A stretch of DNA of 63,468 nucleotides, the filler included, from Chiloscyllium plagiosum (taxonomy: Eukaryota): assembly GCF_004010195.1 (NCBI RefSeq). It is 4 parts of one record of this genome, joined end to end, with 100 filler letters (N's around TTAATTAATTAA, not from the genome) between each part and the next. Parts side by side here need not be neighbours in the genome. Positions count along the whole stretch, not along the records: positions 49,430 to 55,529 come from NC_057710.1; positions 55,630 to 63,468 come from NC_057710.1; 2 more parts are not named here. One strand, written 5' to 3'. This document shows positions 52,053 to 63,468 of the stretch, one piece after another. Within the stretch, counting starts at the first letter, position 1; each line of letters starts with the position of its first letter. The notes under the pieces are model-generated. The model did not search any database, was not told the DNA's origin, and worked only from the letters and a program-made list of their open reading frames with translations. The position numbers were made by a program, and so were the translations under genes.

Positions 52053-53729
52053 CTGCAAAGAGAACAGAATTCCTGGTGATGAAATCACATCCTTTATATA
52101 CTGATCACAGTTTGGACCCAGCATGATTTAACATTGCGAGGCGTTTATGCGTTATAACATATGGAGTCAATGTTAATTAAATCGGTGTTTATGTCAATTT
52201 CCTCTCTGCCATTTGCTCCAGTGACTCTCTGGACACTCATATGTTCCACCGCCCGCTTTGCCTGACTGTCTGGGGCTAAACCTCCAAAGTACTCTCCCAA
52301 AAAAAACAATTCCTTCCACCAGGTCCTCCGACCAATGATTGCTGACGCCCATTTCTCCCGGAAGAACTGGCTTAAACAAATGTAAGTTGCATTAAAAAGC
52401 ATTAACAAAAAGGAAGCGAGTTTGTGCTGTATGGGTGTTTATGTCCGTATCTCAGGCTCCGGTGGATAGATGCGGTGTCGAACCAGTGCGGATTCAATTC
52501 CGGTTCTGACTGAGGCTGACTTAGGACAGGCCCCTGAGGGGGAAACGGAGGGCGAGGGCAAATAGCCGCTCCCTAACAAACTGTATAACCTGAAGCAACA
52601 GCAGCCACTGAGACAAGGAGCTGCAGAGCTCACATCCTACTCAGCATAAATACAGAGGAGGTATAGCGCCCCAAACATAGCGTGCATAAGCAAACATACC
52701 TGGAATTCAAAGCTCCATTGCGGGAATTGCATGTAACAGGTCTGCAGTGCCATTGGAAAAGCTGTTGGTCTACGAGAGAAGCTATTAGCACTTGTAAATA
52801 GCACCAGCTCAGGGCAAACTGCTCTCTGATCACATAAAAAGCAGCAATCAAACTGACTGAAGTGTCAATGCTGCAGATTAAGGTAATCTATGAGTGTGGG
52901 AAACTAATGATATCTTGGAAAGATTAAAGTTCCAAAGATTAAAGTTCCCCAGCGCCCTTTGCCACAATAAGATTGAACTCGGCGTTGAGCGCTATCTATC
53001 TGTACTCTGGTCACCTTGATGAAAACATTGCAATGCTGCCGATGGCACAGGATTGCAGGCGTTTTGTGAACTGCCTGTGGTCTGGCGGCAGTCACCGTAC
53101 AGACAGCCTGCTTCAATTCAATAGGCCAGCCACACGAACCAACCACATTACACCCGGAGCCAGCAAATCGCTTCACACTTGAACACAAAGAGGAAGCCAG
53201 CCTCTGTTGGTCAGGCTTGACACGGATTCCTGGCAGCTTTTCTATTAGAGCGCACAGCCCTTGGATGTCCAGATTTACCTCAAGATTCTGTCGCAAAAAG
53301 GAAGCTGAGTTCAGCTGAATCGATCAATTAAATTCGTGCCAGGACGCAGAGTGACGTTGTCTTGTTATCAAGTTTTGAAACTGTGAAAAGATTAAACCAC
53401 TCCGTTTTCCTGTCTCTCGTCAACTGTACAGCAAGCTCCTGGGTACCACGGAGACTAACGTCCTTTCAGGGCTACCTCATTTTCGGGTCGATTTAAATGC
53501 AATTGCTCCTGGCCCCCCAACGTACCGTGCAGCACATTGCTGTTTGGAGCTTTTTCATTCGTTCTGGAGATATGGGTGTCACGAGCAAAGCTGACATTTA
53601 TTGCTCACCCCCAGTTCTCCTGTCAGTGGGTTTTTTTTTTCTCTCTGGAACCTGCGAAGGGAACGATCCACAGTGATGACAGTTAGCGGTTTCCAAGAGT
53701 TTGACCCTTTGAGGATATGTCCAAGTCTC

Positions 53730-54630
53730 AAAGGAACAAAGTAAGTTACAGCACAGGGACAGGCCCTTCGGCCCTCCAAGCCTGCGCTGATCCAGATCCT
53801 CGATCTAAACCTGTCGCCTATTTTCTAAGGATCTGTATCCCTCTGCTCCCTGTCCATTCAGGTATCGCTCTAGATACATCTTAAATGACACCATCATGCC
53901 TGCCTCTACCACCTCCGCTGGCAATGCATTCCAGGCTCCCACTACCCTCTGGGTAAAGAACTTTCCATGCATATCTCCCTTAAACTTTCCCCCTCTCACC
54001 TTCCACTCATAGAGATTTACAGCATGGAAACAGACCCTTCGGTGCAGCTCGTCCATGCCGACCAAATACCCAACCCAATTTAGTCCCATCTGCCAGCACC
54101 CAGCCCTTATCTCCCCAAACCCTTCCTATACATGGCAAGTGTTATTTTTCTCAAGAAGAGTTGTTGACAATGTATAGTATTTCTCCAGTTTTAATTTTTA
54201 GCACTCAAATTCAGAAATGCAAAGCACAGGAGCACTGCTCAGTATCTAAAGTAAGCAATCACTGCACAGTACTGACAATTCAGAAGGAAACACCTATCAT
54301 TTTAGGCAGCACATGTTAGCTGGTCAAAAGGGCCTTCTATCCAATACACTTTTAAGTACCATGTAGTTCATACGATGCTCATACTGTATTCCATTCATGG
54401 TGCTTAGTAATTGAGTCCCCCACTCCAGGAAAAAGTTTCTTGCTATCCACCCTGTCTATACCTCTCATGATTTTGTAGACCTCAATCAGATCCCCCCTCA
54501 ACCTAATCTTTCTAATGAAAATAATCCTAATCTGCTCAACCTCTCTCCATAGCTATCACCCTCCATATCAGGCAACATCCTGGTGAACCTCCTCTGCACC
54601 TTCCCCAAAACATCCACATTCTTTTGGTAA
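53730..54630 (-). mobile_element. CR1 LINE 3' fragments (nested)
   Basis: ORF 53805..54089 KFFTQRVVGAWNALP; second tail at 54005-54130. Confidence 0.75.
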
Positions 54631-55160
54631 TGCTTTCCTCCATATTGTCATTCCTAATTTGTTTCTGATCCATTTAGGATCACATTGAACTTGTGTTTCT
54701 TCTGTATTTAAAGGTATTCCACTTGTTTTAAACTTAAGTATTGTTGAACATCCTTCCCCAGTTTACTTACTTTAGCTATTCCCTCATTCTATTGAATTTA
54801 GCCTCTTAAAGTTATATCCTGTCTTAGATATGATTGACTCCCAAATCATGTCACTTTGTGATTATCAGTGTGCAGCCTCCCACAGGATCTCACAACACAG
54901 GTACTCCAGTGGAGATCTCAAAACAATCTCCATAATAAATACTTTTGGAACTTATTAATAAACATTTTTATTGTGCTTGTTGCTTTCAGGTTTACTGGTT
55001 AATAAAAAGAAGATAGAATATTAGCAATGGCTAAATCATTTTGAATATAAATTACTTCTCAATGATATAATCACATTCTGCATGATTAATTAGATCAGAA
55101 ATTACTTTGTTGAAACTTCTGAAACACACAATACTTTATCTCTTTGGGGATCTAACATTT

Positions 55161-55529
55161 GACTACCATGGTCTCATTCGATGTAACGGCACTGTTCACC
55201 TCTATCGACAAAACCCTAGCCAGAGAAACAATAGCCAACCTGTTGGACATACAGAACAGACAACAAGACAGGGAACCTATCAACAAAGACTGCATACTCA
55301 AACTACTGGACCTGTGCCTCACAACACACTTCACATTCAACAACCAAATATATGAACAAATCAACAGCACACCCATGGGCTCACCCATCTCTGGACTCAG
55401 CAGAAGCAGGGTAAAGCAAAGATTAGAACAAACAGTCTTACCGCAAATTCAACCCAAACTCTGGGTCAGATATGTAGATGACACCTTTGTAATCATTAAA
55501 AACACAGAAACAGAGAACACACACCGGAT
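55161..55529 (+). mobile_element. Penelope-like (Poseidon-type) reverse transcriptase fragment
   Basis: MVSFDVTALFTSI..PMGSPISG..WVRYVDDTFVI; runs into the gap. Confidence 0.9.
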
Positions 55530-55629
55530 NNNNNNNNNNNNNNNNNNNNNNNNNNNNNNNNNNNNNNNNNNNNTTAATTAATTAANNNNNNNNNNNNNNN
55601 NNNNNNNNNNNNNNNNNNNNNNNNNNNNN

Positions 55630-56418
55630 GCATTTTGGGAAAGCAAATCTTAGCAGGACTTATACACTTAATGGTAAGGTCCTAGGGAGTGTTGCTGAAC
55701 AAAGAGACCTTGGAGTGCAGGTTCATAGCTCCTTGAAAGTGGAGTCGCAGGTAAATAGGATAGTGAAGAAGGCGTTTGGTATGCTTTCTTTTATTGGTCA
55801 GAGTAATGAGTACAGGTGTTGGGAGGTCATGTTGCAGCTGTACAGGACATTGGTTAGGCCACTGTTGCAGTATTGCGTGCAATTCTGGTCTCCTTCCCAT
55901 TGGAAAGATGTTGTGAAACTTGAAAGGGTTCAGGAAAGATTTACAAGGATGTTGCCAGGGTTGGAGGATTTGAGCTATAGGGAGAGGCTGAACAGGCTGG
56001 GACTGTTTTCCCTGGTGTTCCGCGTTGGCGGCTGAGGCGTGACCATATAGAGGTTTACAAAATTATGAGGGGCATGGATAGGGTCGATAGGCAAAGTCTT
56101 TTCCCTGGGGTCGGGGAGTCCAGAACTAGAGGGCATAGGTCTAGAGTGAGAGGGAAAAGATATAAAAGAGACCTAAGGGGCAACTTTTTCACGCAGAGGG
56201 TGGTACGTGTATGGATTGAGCTGCCAGAGGAAGTGATGGAGGCTGGTACAATTGCAACATTTAAGAGGTATTTGGATGGGTATATGAATAGGAAGGGTTT
56301 GGAGGGATGTGGGCCGGGTTCTGGCAGGTGGGACCAGATTGGGTTGGGATAGCTGGTTGGCATGGACAGGTTAGACCGAAGGGTCTGTTTCCATGCTGTA
56401 CATCTCTATGACTCTATG
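55630..56418 (+). mobile_element. Relatively young CR1/HER1 3' segment
   Basis: ORFs 55715..56035 and 56065..56352; (ctatgact) tail. Confidence 0.88.
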
Positions 56419-56643
56419 AGGTCAGGTGTCAGATCTCTTGGTGGGAGAGCATTTTGGTGATAGTGATCACAACTTCCTGACCTTTTCTGTAGTCATGGAG
56501 AGGGATATGAGTGAACGTTATGGGAATGTATTTAATTGCGGGAGGGGGAATTACAATGCTATTAGGCATGAACTGTGGAACATAAATTTGGAAGAGATAC
56601 TCTCAAGGAAATGCATGACAGAAAGGTGGAGTTTTTTTAGGGA

Positions 56644-58335
56644 TATGATGATGCTGCTCATTTAACAAGATTATGTCCTTGGCTTTTTTTGTCAGAGATG
56701 TTGTAAAAGACATAGACTCTGAAAAGTCTAAGTTTGTAGGGTTTTAGGGCCAATTTGATTTTCGAGAACAGATATTGTCTTGGGAAAAAGGCTGTCAAGT
56801 TTAAAAAGAACACTTGTACAATGAAAGGAAAGTGGCCAGTTCTCCCAGCTTAGCCTTTTTCTGGTTTGGTCTGGCTATTCACTGAGAGCAGTGAGGCAGT
56901 TGTAAAAGCTGCTGGACTCAAAATAGCAGGTCCATGCTGATCCTCCTGTCTCTCTGACATCTCTCCTGTAATACCCTGTGTTTGATTTTACCTTTTGTGC
57001 CAAGAAGTATTTATGGGGATTTTGCAAGTATTTGGAACAGCATCATTAAGTTGGGATATTCCATTGGGATTTTTGGATATGTTAAGTTATTCTGTACTTC
57101 ATTCTCTTTTGTTTATGTTTCATTCAGTAATCTTGTAAATAAGTTCTGTTTTGTTTAAAACTAAATGGTTTGACCAGCTGCATTAATCATGGAATGTCTG
57201 CGTTACACCTGCTTAAAACAACTAGCAAATTTAGGGTCTTGGCTACTTTCTTGAAATGCTTTGAGGAGTCTGGCCTGGTCCATAACAGCATCTGCAGACC
57301 TCACTTTCTCCATAACAGATTGGGGCTCATCTGGAATTTGCTCTATCATTGCAAATTGGGATTAGGGTTGTTGGATTAGAAGGCAGCGAATAGAAAGTAT
57401 TAGTGTCTTTTGTTCTGGGTGTTGAATTCAGTTGGTTTAAACAGTGCTTGAGATAGCAATGGTTCTTTCTTAATGGTTCTTTCAGTCACCAAGAGTTTTC
57501 AGCTGGTGGATGAAGTGACCTTGGCAGTTTTGCAAAAGGTGATTAAGGCCAAGCTGCTGGAATTAGCTGAGAAGCTGAAGTTGGAGCTGCCTTCTTCCGT
57601 GAGGAAAGGAGAGATAATTACAGCAATAGCTCAGCATTCACATTTGACAGAAGTACCATCAGAATCTTTAGAGATGGCTAAAATTGAATTGAAAATGAGG
57701 CAGCTTGAATTAGAGGCAAAAGACAAGGAAAGGACAACAGAAATGCAACAGTTTGAAATACAATTAAAAGCAGAGGAAAGAGGAAAAGAGAGAGAAGAGA
57801 GAAAGAAGACAGAGAAAAGGAGAGAGAGGAAAGGAAGAAAGAGAGGGAGTTTGAACTTCAGAAATTGGCACTTAGACAGGAAAGTCAGCTTAAAAGGATC
57901 GAGGTGAAGACTGCAGGTAAACTGAGTAAGGGTGAGTAAACCAATGGTAGCCAAAGACCTGGTGAGAAACTGTTTAAAAATATTCAAGCATTGCCAAACT
58001 TTGAGAAGAATGTGGGAGCCTTTTTCATCTCATTTTAAAAGGTGGCTAAATAGATGCAGTGGCCAGTGACCATGTCGGTTTTGTTGATTCAAACAAAACT
58101 CAGAGGTAGAGCTAGTGAGGTATTCACATCACTGTGAGACGAGGTGTCTGGGGCATATGAGGACGTGAAGAAAGCCATTTTAAGTGCATATGAGCTTGTG
58201 CCAGAAGCCTACAGACAATGTTTCAGGAATCTAACGAGGGACCTGGTTAAACCTACATTGAGTTTGAAACGATCAAACAATGTAATTTTGACAGGGTGGA
58301 TAAGGGCATTAAAAATAGAGCAAACCTATGAGTCT
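56644..58335 (+). mobile_element. Gmr1-like Gypsy LTR retrotransposon 5' part: LTR (56644-57287), tRNA-Pro-like PBS (57320-57337), decayed gag (57473-58335)
   Basis: LTR homologous to the solo LTR at 13141-13780; PBS matches TGGGGGCTCGTCCGGGAT at 14/18; gag motifs YEDVKKAILSAYELVPEAYRQ.FR. Confidence 0.75.
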
Positions 58336-58379
58336 CTTGAAAGAATAGCTTGGCTAATTTCCTTTGAACTGAGATATAT

Positions 58380-61105
58380 TAAAGGCAACATGTTTTGCTA
58401 TGAACATTTCCATGAAACTGAATTGGAAGTAAAAAAAGGATGAGCACCTTATTGGGATTCCTGATGAAGGGCTTATGCCCGAAACATCGATTCTCTGCTC
58501 CTTGGATGCTGCCTGACCTGTTGTGCTTTTCCAGCAACACACTCTCGACTCTGATCTCCAACATCTGCAGTCCTCACTTTCTACCTTATTGGGATTGTAT
58601 TATAGACCCCTAATAATCAGCGGGAAATTGAGAAACAAATTTGTAAGGAGATTTCAGTTATCTGTAAGAATAATACGGTGGTTATGGAAGAGGACTTTAA
58701 CTTTGCGAACACAGACTGGGACTGCCATTATGTTAAGGGTTTAGATGGAGAGGAATTTGTTAAGTGTGTACGAGAAAACTTTCTGATTCGGTACATGGAT
58801 GTATATTCTAGAGAAGGTGCAAAACTTGACCTACTCTTGGGAAATAAAGCAGGGCAGGTGACTGAGGTGTCAGTGGGGGAGCATCTTGGGGCCAGTAACC
58901 ATAATTCTATTAGTTTTAAAATAGTGATTGGAAAAGGATAGACTGTATCTAAAAGTTGAATTTCTAAATTGGAGGAAGGTTAATTTTGATGGTTCAAAAG
59001 CTGATTGGAGGCAGATGTTCGCAGGTAAAGGGATGACTGGAAAATGGGAAGCCTTCAAAAATGAGATAACGAGAGTCCAGAGAAAGTATATTCCTGTTAG
59101 GATGAAAGAAAAGGCTGGTAGGTATAAGGAATGCTGGATGACTAGAGAAATTGAGGGTTTGGTTAAGAAAAAGAAGGAAGCATATGTCAGGTACAGACAG
59201 ACAAGATTGAGTGAATCCTCAGAAAAATATAAAGGCAGTAGGAGTGTACTTAAGAAGGAAATCAGGAGGGCAAAAAGATAGCTTTGGCAAATAGAGTTAA
59301 GGAGAATCCAAAGGGTTTTACAAATACATTAAGGACAAAAGGGTAACTAAGGAGAGAATAGTGCCCCTCAAAGATCAGCAAGGTGGCCTGTGTGTGGAGC
59401 CGCAGGAGATGGAGGAGATACTAAACGAGTATTTTGCATCAGTGTTTACTGTGGAGAAGGATGTGGAAGATACAGAATGTGGGGAAATAGATGGTGACAT
59501 CTTGAAAAATGTCCATATTACAGAGGAGGAGGTGCTGGATGTCTTGAAATGCTTAAAAGTGGATAAATCCCCAGGACTGGTCTGGTGTACCCTAGAACTC
59601 TGTGGGAAGCTAGGAAAGTGATTGCTGGGACTCTTGCTGAGATAATTATATCATCGATAGTCACAGGTGAGGTGCCGAAAGACTGGAGGTTGGCTAACGT
59701 GGTACCACTATTTAAGAAAAATGGTAAGAACAGCCAGGGAACAATAGACTGGTGAGTCTGATGTTGGTGGTGGGCAACAGGATTTCCATGTATTTGGAAG
59801 GGCAAGGGCTGATTAGGGATAGTCAACATGGCTTTGTGCATGGGAAATCATGTCTCACAAACTTGATTGAGTTTTTTGAAGAAGTAATAAGGAGGATTGA
59901 TGAGGGCAGAGCGGTGGAGGTGATCTATATGGGACTTCATTAATGTGTTTGACAAAGTTCCCCATGGGAGACTGGTTAGCAAGTTAGATTTCATGGAATT
60001 CAGGGAGAACTAGCCATTTGGATACAGAACTGGCTTGAAGGACAGGATGGTGGTGGAGTGTTGCTTTTCAGACTGGAGGCCTGTGACCAGTGGAGTGCCA
60101 CAAGGATCAGTGCTGGGTCCACTGCTTTTCATCATTTATGTAAGTGATTTGGATGTGAACATAGGAAGTATAGTTAGTAAGTTTGCAGATGTCATCAAAA
60201 TTGGAGGTGTAAGTGGACAGTGCAGAAGATTACCTCACAATACCACAGGATCTTGTTCAAATGGGCCAATGTGCTGCGGAGTGGCAGATGGAGTTTAATT
60301 TAGATAAATATCAGGTGCCACGTTTTGGAAAGCAAATCTTAGCAGGATTTATACATTTAATGGTAAGGTCCTAGGGAGTATTGCTGAACAGAGACCTTGG
60401 ACTGCAGGTTCATGGTTCCTTGAAAATACAGTCGCAGGTAGATAGGATAGTGAAGAAGGCGTTTGGTATGCTTTCCTTTATTGATCAGAGTATTGAATAT
60501 AAGAGTTGGGAGGTCATGTTACGGCTGTACAGGACATTGGTTAGGCCATTTTTAGAATTTTGCATGCAATTCTAGTTTCCTTCCTATCGGAAATATGTTG
60601 TGAAACTTGAAAGGGTTCAGAAACGATTCACAGGGATGTTGCCAGGGTTGGAGGATTTGAGCTATAGGGAGAGGCTGAATAAGCTGGGGCTGTTTTCCCT
60701 GGAGCATCAGAGGCTGAGGGGTGACCTTAGACATTTACAGAATTATGAGGGGCATGGATAGGATAAATAGGCAAAGTCTTTTCCCTGGGATCGGGGAGTC
60801 CAGAACTCGAGAGCATAGGTTTAGGGTGAGAGGGGAAAGATATAAAAGGAACCTAAGGGGCAACTTTTTCACGCAGAGGGTGGTACGTGTATGGAATGAG
60901 CTGCCAGAGGAAGTGGTGGAAGCTAGCACAATTGCAACATTTAAAAGGCATCTGGATGGGTATATGAATAGGAAGGGTTTAGAGGGATATGGGACGGGTG
61001 CTGGTAAATGGAGCTAGATTAGGTTAGGATATCTGGTTGGCATGAATGAGTTGGACTGAAAGATCTGTTTATGTGCTGTATATCTCTGTAACTCTGTAAC
61101 TCTAT
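58380..61105 (+). mobile_element. Long, frameshifted CR1 ORF2 (endonuclease, RT, 3' tail) with a PLE end inserted at 58460-58582
   Basis: EDFNF..DW, REGAKLDLLL, SQHGF..GKSCLTNL, SGVPQGSVLGPLLF, SKFAD, FFTQRVVRVWNELP; PLE TSD accttattgggatt. Confidence 0.9.
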
Positions 61106-62589
61106 AAAAGCATATGATATTACAAGAATGACAACCAACTCATTTAGAAAGGGAAGATCGCACATTTCCCCTTAAGCAAGCACACTCATATATGCCATAA
61201 TTTTAGTTTGCTTTCAATTGATGACTTAAGTTCCCTTTGGTAACGTTATACAGGAAATACAATGTGGAAGTAAGCCTCTCAGCCTGAACAGTCCATTTTG
61301 CCTTCACAAGGGCAACAATCCTAATAAAATGTTTGTTTTGTCTCATTTTCTTTCAACCACATTCATAAATGTCAGCAAACTGAGTTTTCATTTATGTTAG
61401 TAAACTCATTTTAAGTTCTAAAACTAGCATGGTGGGATTTAAATTGGTTCTTTGAATTATTAGCCCAAACTTGTGTATTACTTAAAACAACACATGCTGG
61501 CGTTTACAGCAAGTCAGGCAGCATCCATGGAAAGAGAGCAAGCTAGTGTTTTGAATCTCGATGACTCTTCAACAGAGCTGACGTGAAGTGTGGAAGGGGC
61601 AGCATTAATGCAATATTCCGGGGGGAGGAGGGAGTTGGAGTGTTGGGGGAGAAAGAATGTTGATAGTTCAGATTAAGTAATCGGAATGTGAGAATGGCAC
61701 ATGTATTACCACGTTAACCTTCACCCTACCATACCCTATAGGTTTTATTAGGTTTTAAAGCTGACACCAAGGTTTGATTGATTTGGTTTCACTTCTGTTT
61801 CATTAAGCATGTTATCTCAGAACCACATCAACCTCATGGCACTTAACAAAACTAATGGATTAGGTAGTATCAAAACATAGAGACTTGCAATTTACATTTT
61901 TGCCATTTATGTTTTGTATCAAAAACATTTCAAAGTGTTTCCCACAATAAATGATTTCAAATAAAAATGATCTATGCAAATATCAAATTTATTGCTTTAT
62001 TTCTTACCAGTATGTTTTGATTGAAAAATAGTGGAAATGTCAGAAATTCCAGAGTAAATTAAGAATGTAAATCAGCAAAGCTTTGTGAGGCAAAGTATCC
62101 ACAGCCTTTTAGGGAGGGATCCAGATTTCTATTTACCTTAGTATAATGTTGCCACTTTTCATGTAACGGGAAATATACATAAAGAATGTTTAGTTTGTTC
62201 ATTTTCTGGCCACCTGGAATGCTGAACAGAAAATGTTACTGAAAAATTGCTGTGGTGAATTGCAGGCACAGCAATGTGGAATAGCACTGGGAGAAACCCT
62301 GTTGGCATGGATTTGTGCATCCCTGACACTATCATTACTGCCTTATTTTGGCTGCATGATGGTTGCAGGGCCATGAGACAAAGCAGCATTCTATAATAGC
62401 ATTGAATTGGACCATTGGTTGTACAAAGTATTCTGGCTGTGCTCTCCTTTGATTTTCCAGTAAATTTCTAGAAAAGACTAAGCAAAGAATTGCAGATACT
62501 GGAAAGAAGGGTCCGAGGGTTCTAGCAGCTTTAATTTTGTTTCTAGATGAGGTTTACTTTTATTTTGTTCTTGGCTACTGTTGATGAGA

Positions 62590-62712
62590 AGAAAGTGAGG
62601 TCTGCAGATGCTGGAGATCAGAGGTGAAAATGTGTTGCTGGAAAAGCGCAGCAGGTCAGGCAGCATCCAGGGAACAGGAGAATCGACGTTTCGGGCATAA
62701 GCCCTTCTTCCA
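62590..62712 (-). mobile_element. PLE terminal fragment, family A
   Basis: Family A sequence; flanking repeat ctgttgatgaga (62578-62589 / 62720-62731). Confidence 0.75.
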
Positions 62713-62932
62713 TTTTCTGCTGTTGATGAGAGGAGACCAACAGGTAAGAATCCTTTTCAAGATAATGTGGCATGTTGGGTGGTGGTTTTGGGTAAGTCAG
62801 CTACAATTCTTTAACAGAATATACTAATCTATCCCTCTCTGCATTCTTACCTTTCAGATACTGATTATATTGGCAATAACTTCATCCTTTTATAAAGTTG
62901 GACTTCTGCCCGCTGACAGGGTCAACATCGTA

Positions 62933-63468
62933 GGTAAAAACAATGACTGCAGATGCTGGAAACCAGATTCTGGATTAGTGGTGCTGGAAGAGCACAGCAA
63001 TTCAGGCAGCATCCGAGGACAGGCAAAATCCGAGGACAGGCAAAATCGACGTTTCGGGCAAAAGACCTTCAGGAATAAAGGCAGAGAGCCTGAAGCGCGG
63101 AGAGATAAGCGAGAGGAGGGTGCGGGTGGGGAAAGAGTAGCATAGAGTACAATAGGTCAGTGGGGGAGGAGATGAAGGTGATAGGTCAGGGAGGAGAGGG
63201 TGGAGTGGATAGGTGGAAAAGGAGCTCGGCAGGTCGGACAAGTCCGGACAAGACAAGGGGACAGTGTTGAGCTGGAGGTTAGAAACTTGGATGAGGTGGG
63301 GGAAGGGGAAATGAGGAAGCTGTTGAAGTCCACATTGATGCCCTGGGGTTGAAGTGTTCCGAGGCGAAAGCTGAGGCGTTCTTCTTCCATCCGTCTGGTG
63401 GTGAGGGAGCGGCGGTGAAGGAGGCCCAGGACCTCCATATCCTCGGCAGAGTGGGAGGGGGAGTTGAA
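62933..63468 (-). mobile_element. PLE family A 3' end with GIY-YIG C-terminus, running off the window
   Basis: FNSPSHSAEDMEVLGLLH..RRMEEERL.FRLGTLQPQGINVDF followed by the family A terminal repeat; internal 17 bp tandem duplication at about 63011-63047. Confidence 0.85.

Noticed and set aside
52100..53560. CpG-richer stretch with several ORFs and a possible exon ending at 52700, where MCIDAS exons 1-3 were expected
   Set aside because: No recognisable MCIDAS motifs (ICPN, VSVYED, IDxQDL) in the frames I read; cannot support a call

Overview
Repeat-rich eukaryotic DNA, most likely from a shark or other cartilaginous fish (inferred from HE1-type V-SINEs and HER1/CR1 LINE tails). It covers part of the vertebrate multiciliogenesis locus on the minus strand. 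I traced seven phase-consistent exons of CDC20B (39846 to 11980, WD40 propeller) plus one candidate upstream exon; the last exon was not found in the window. Upstream on the same strand are two exons of MCIDAS/multicilin (geminin-type coiled coil, 52052 to 50212). The expected MCIDAS 3' exons, CDC20B 5' exons, miR-449 cluster and GPX8 were not found and are probably hidden in unsized assembly gaps. The rest is mostly retroelements: CR1 and L2-like LINEs, HE1 and Deu-type SINEs, a Gmr1-like Gypsy LTR fragment and two solo LTRs. Most striking is a dense population of Penelope-like element (PLE) insertions from at least three families. They carry minimal hammerhead ribozyme motifs and often insert as fold-back hairpins with 12-17 bp target-site duplications (TSDs) and a recurring 33-39 nt arm offset. 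One of them has captured 116 bp of neighbouring DNA. All assignments come from reading the sequence and recalling protein families; no searches were run, and repeat boundaries are approximate unless TSDs are quoted.
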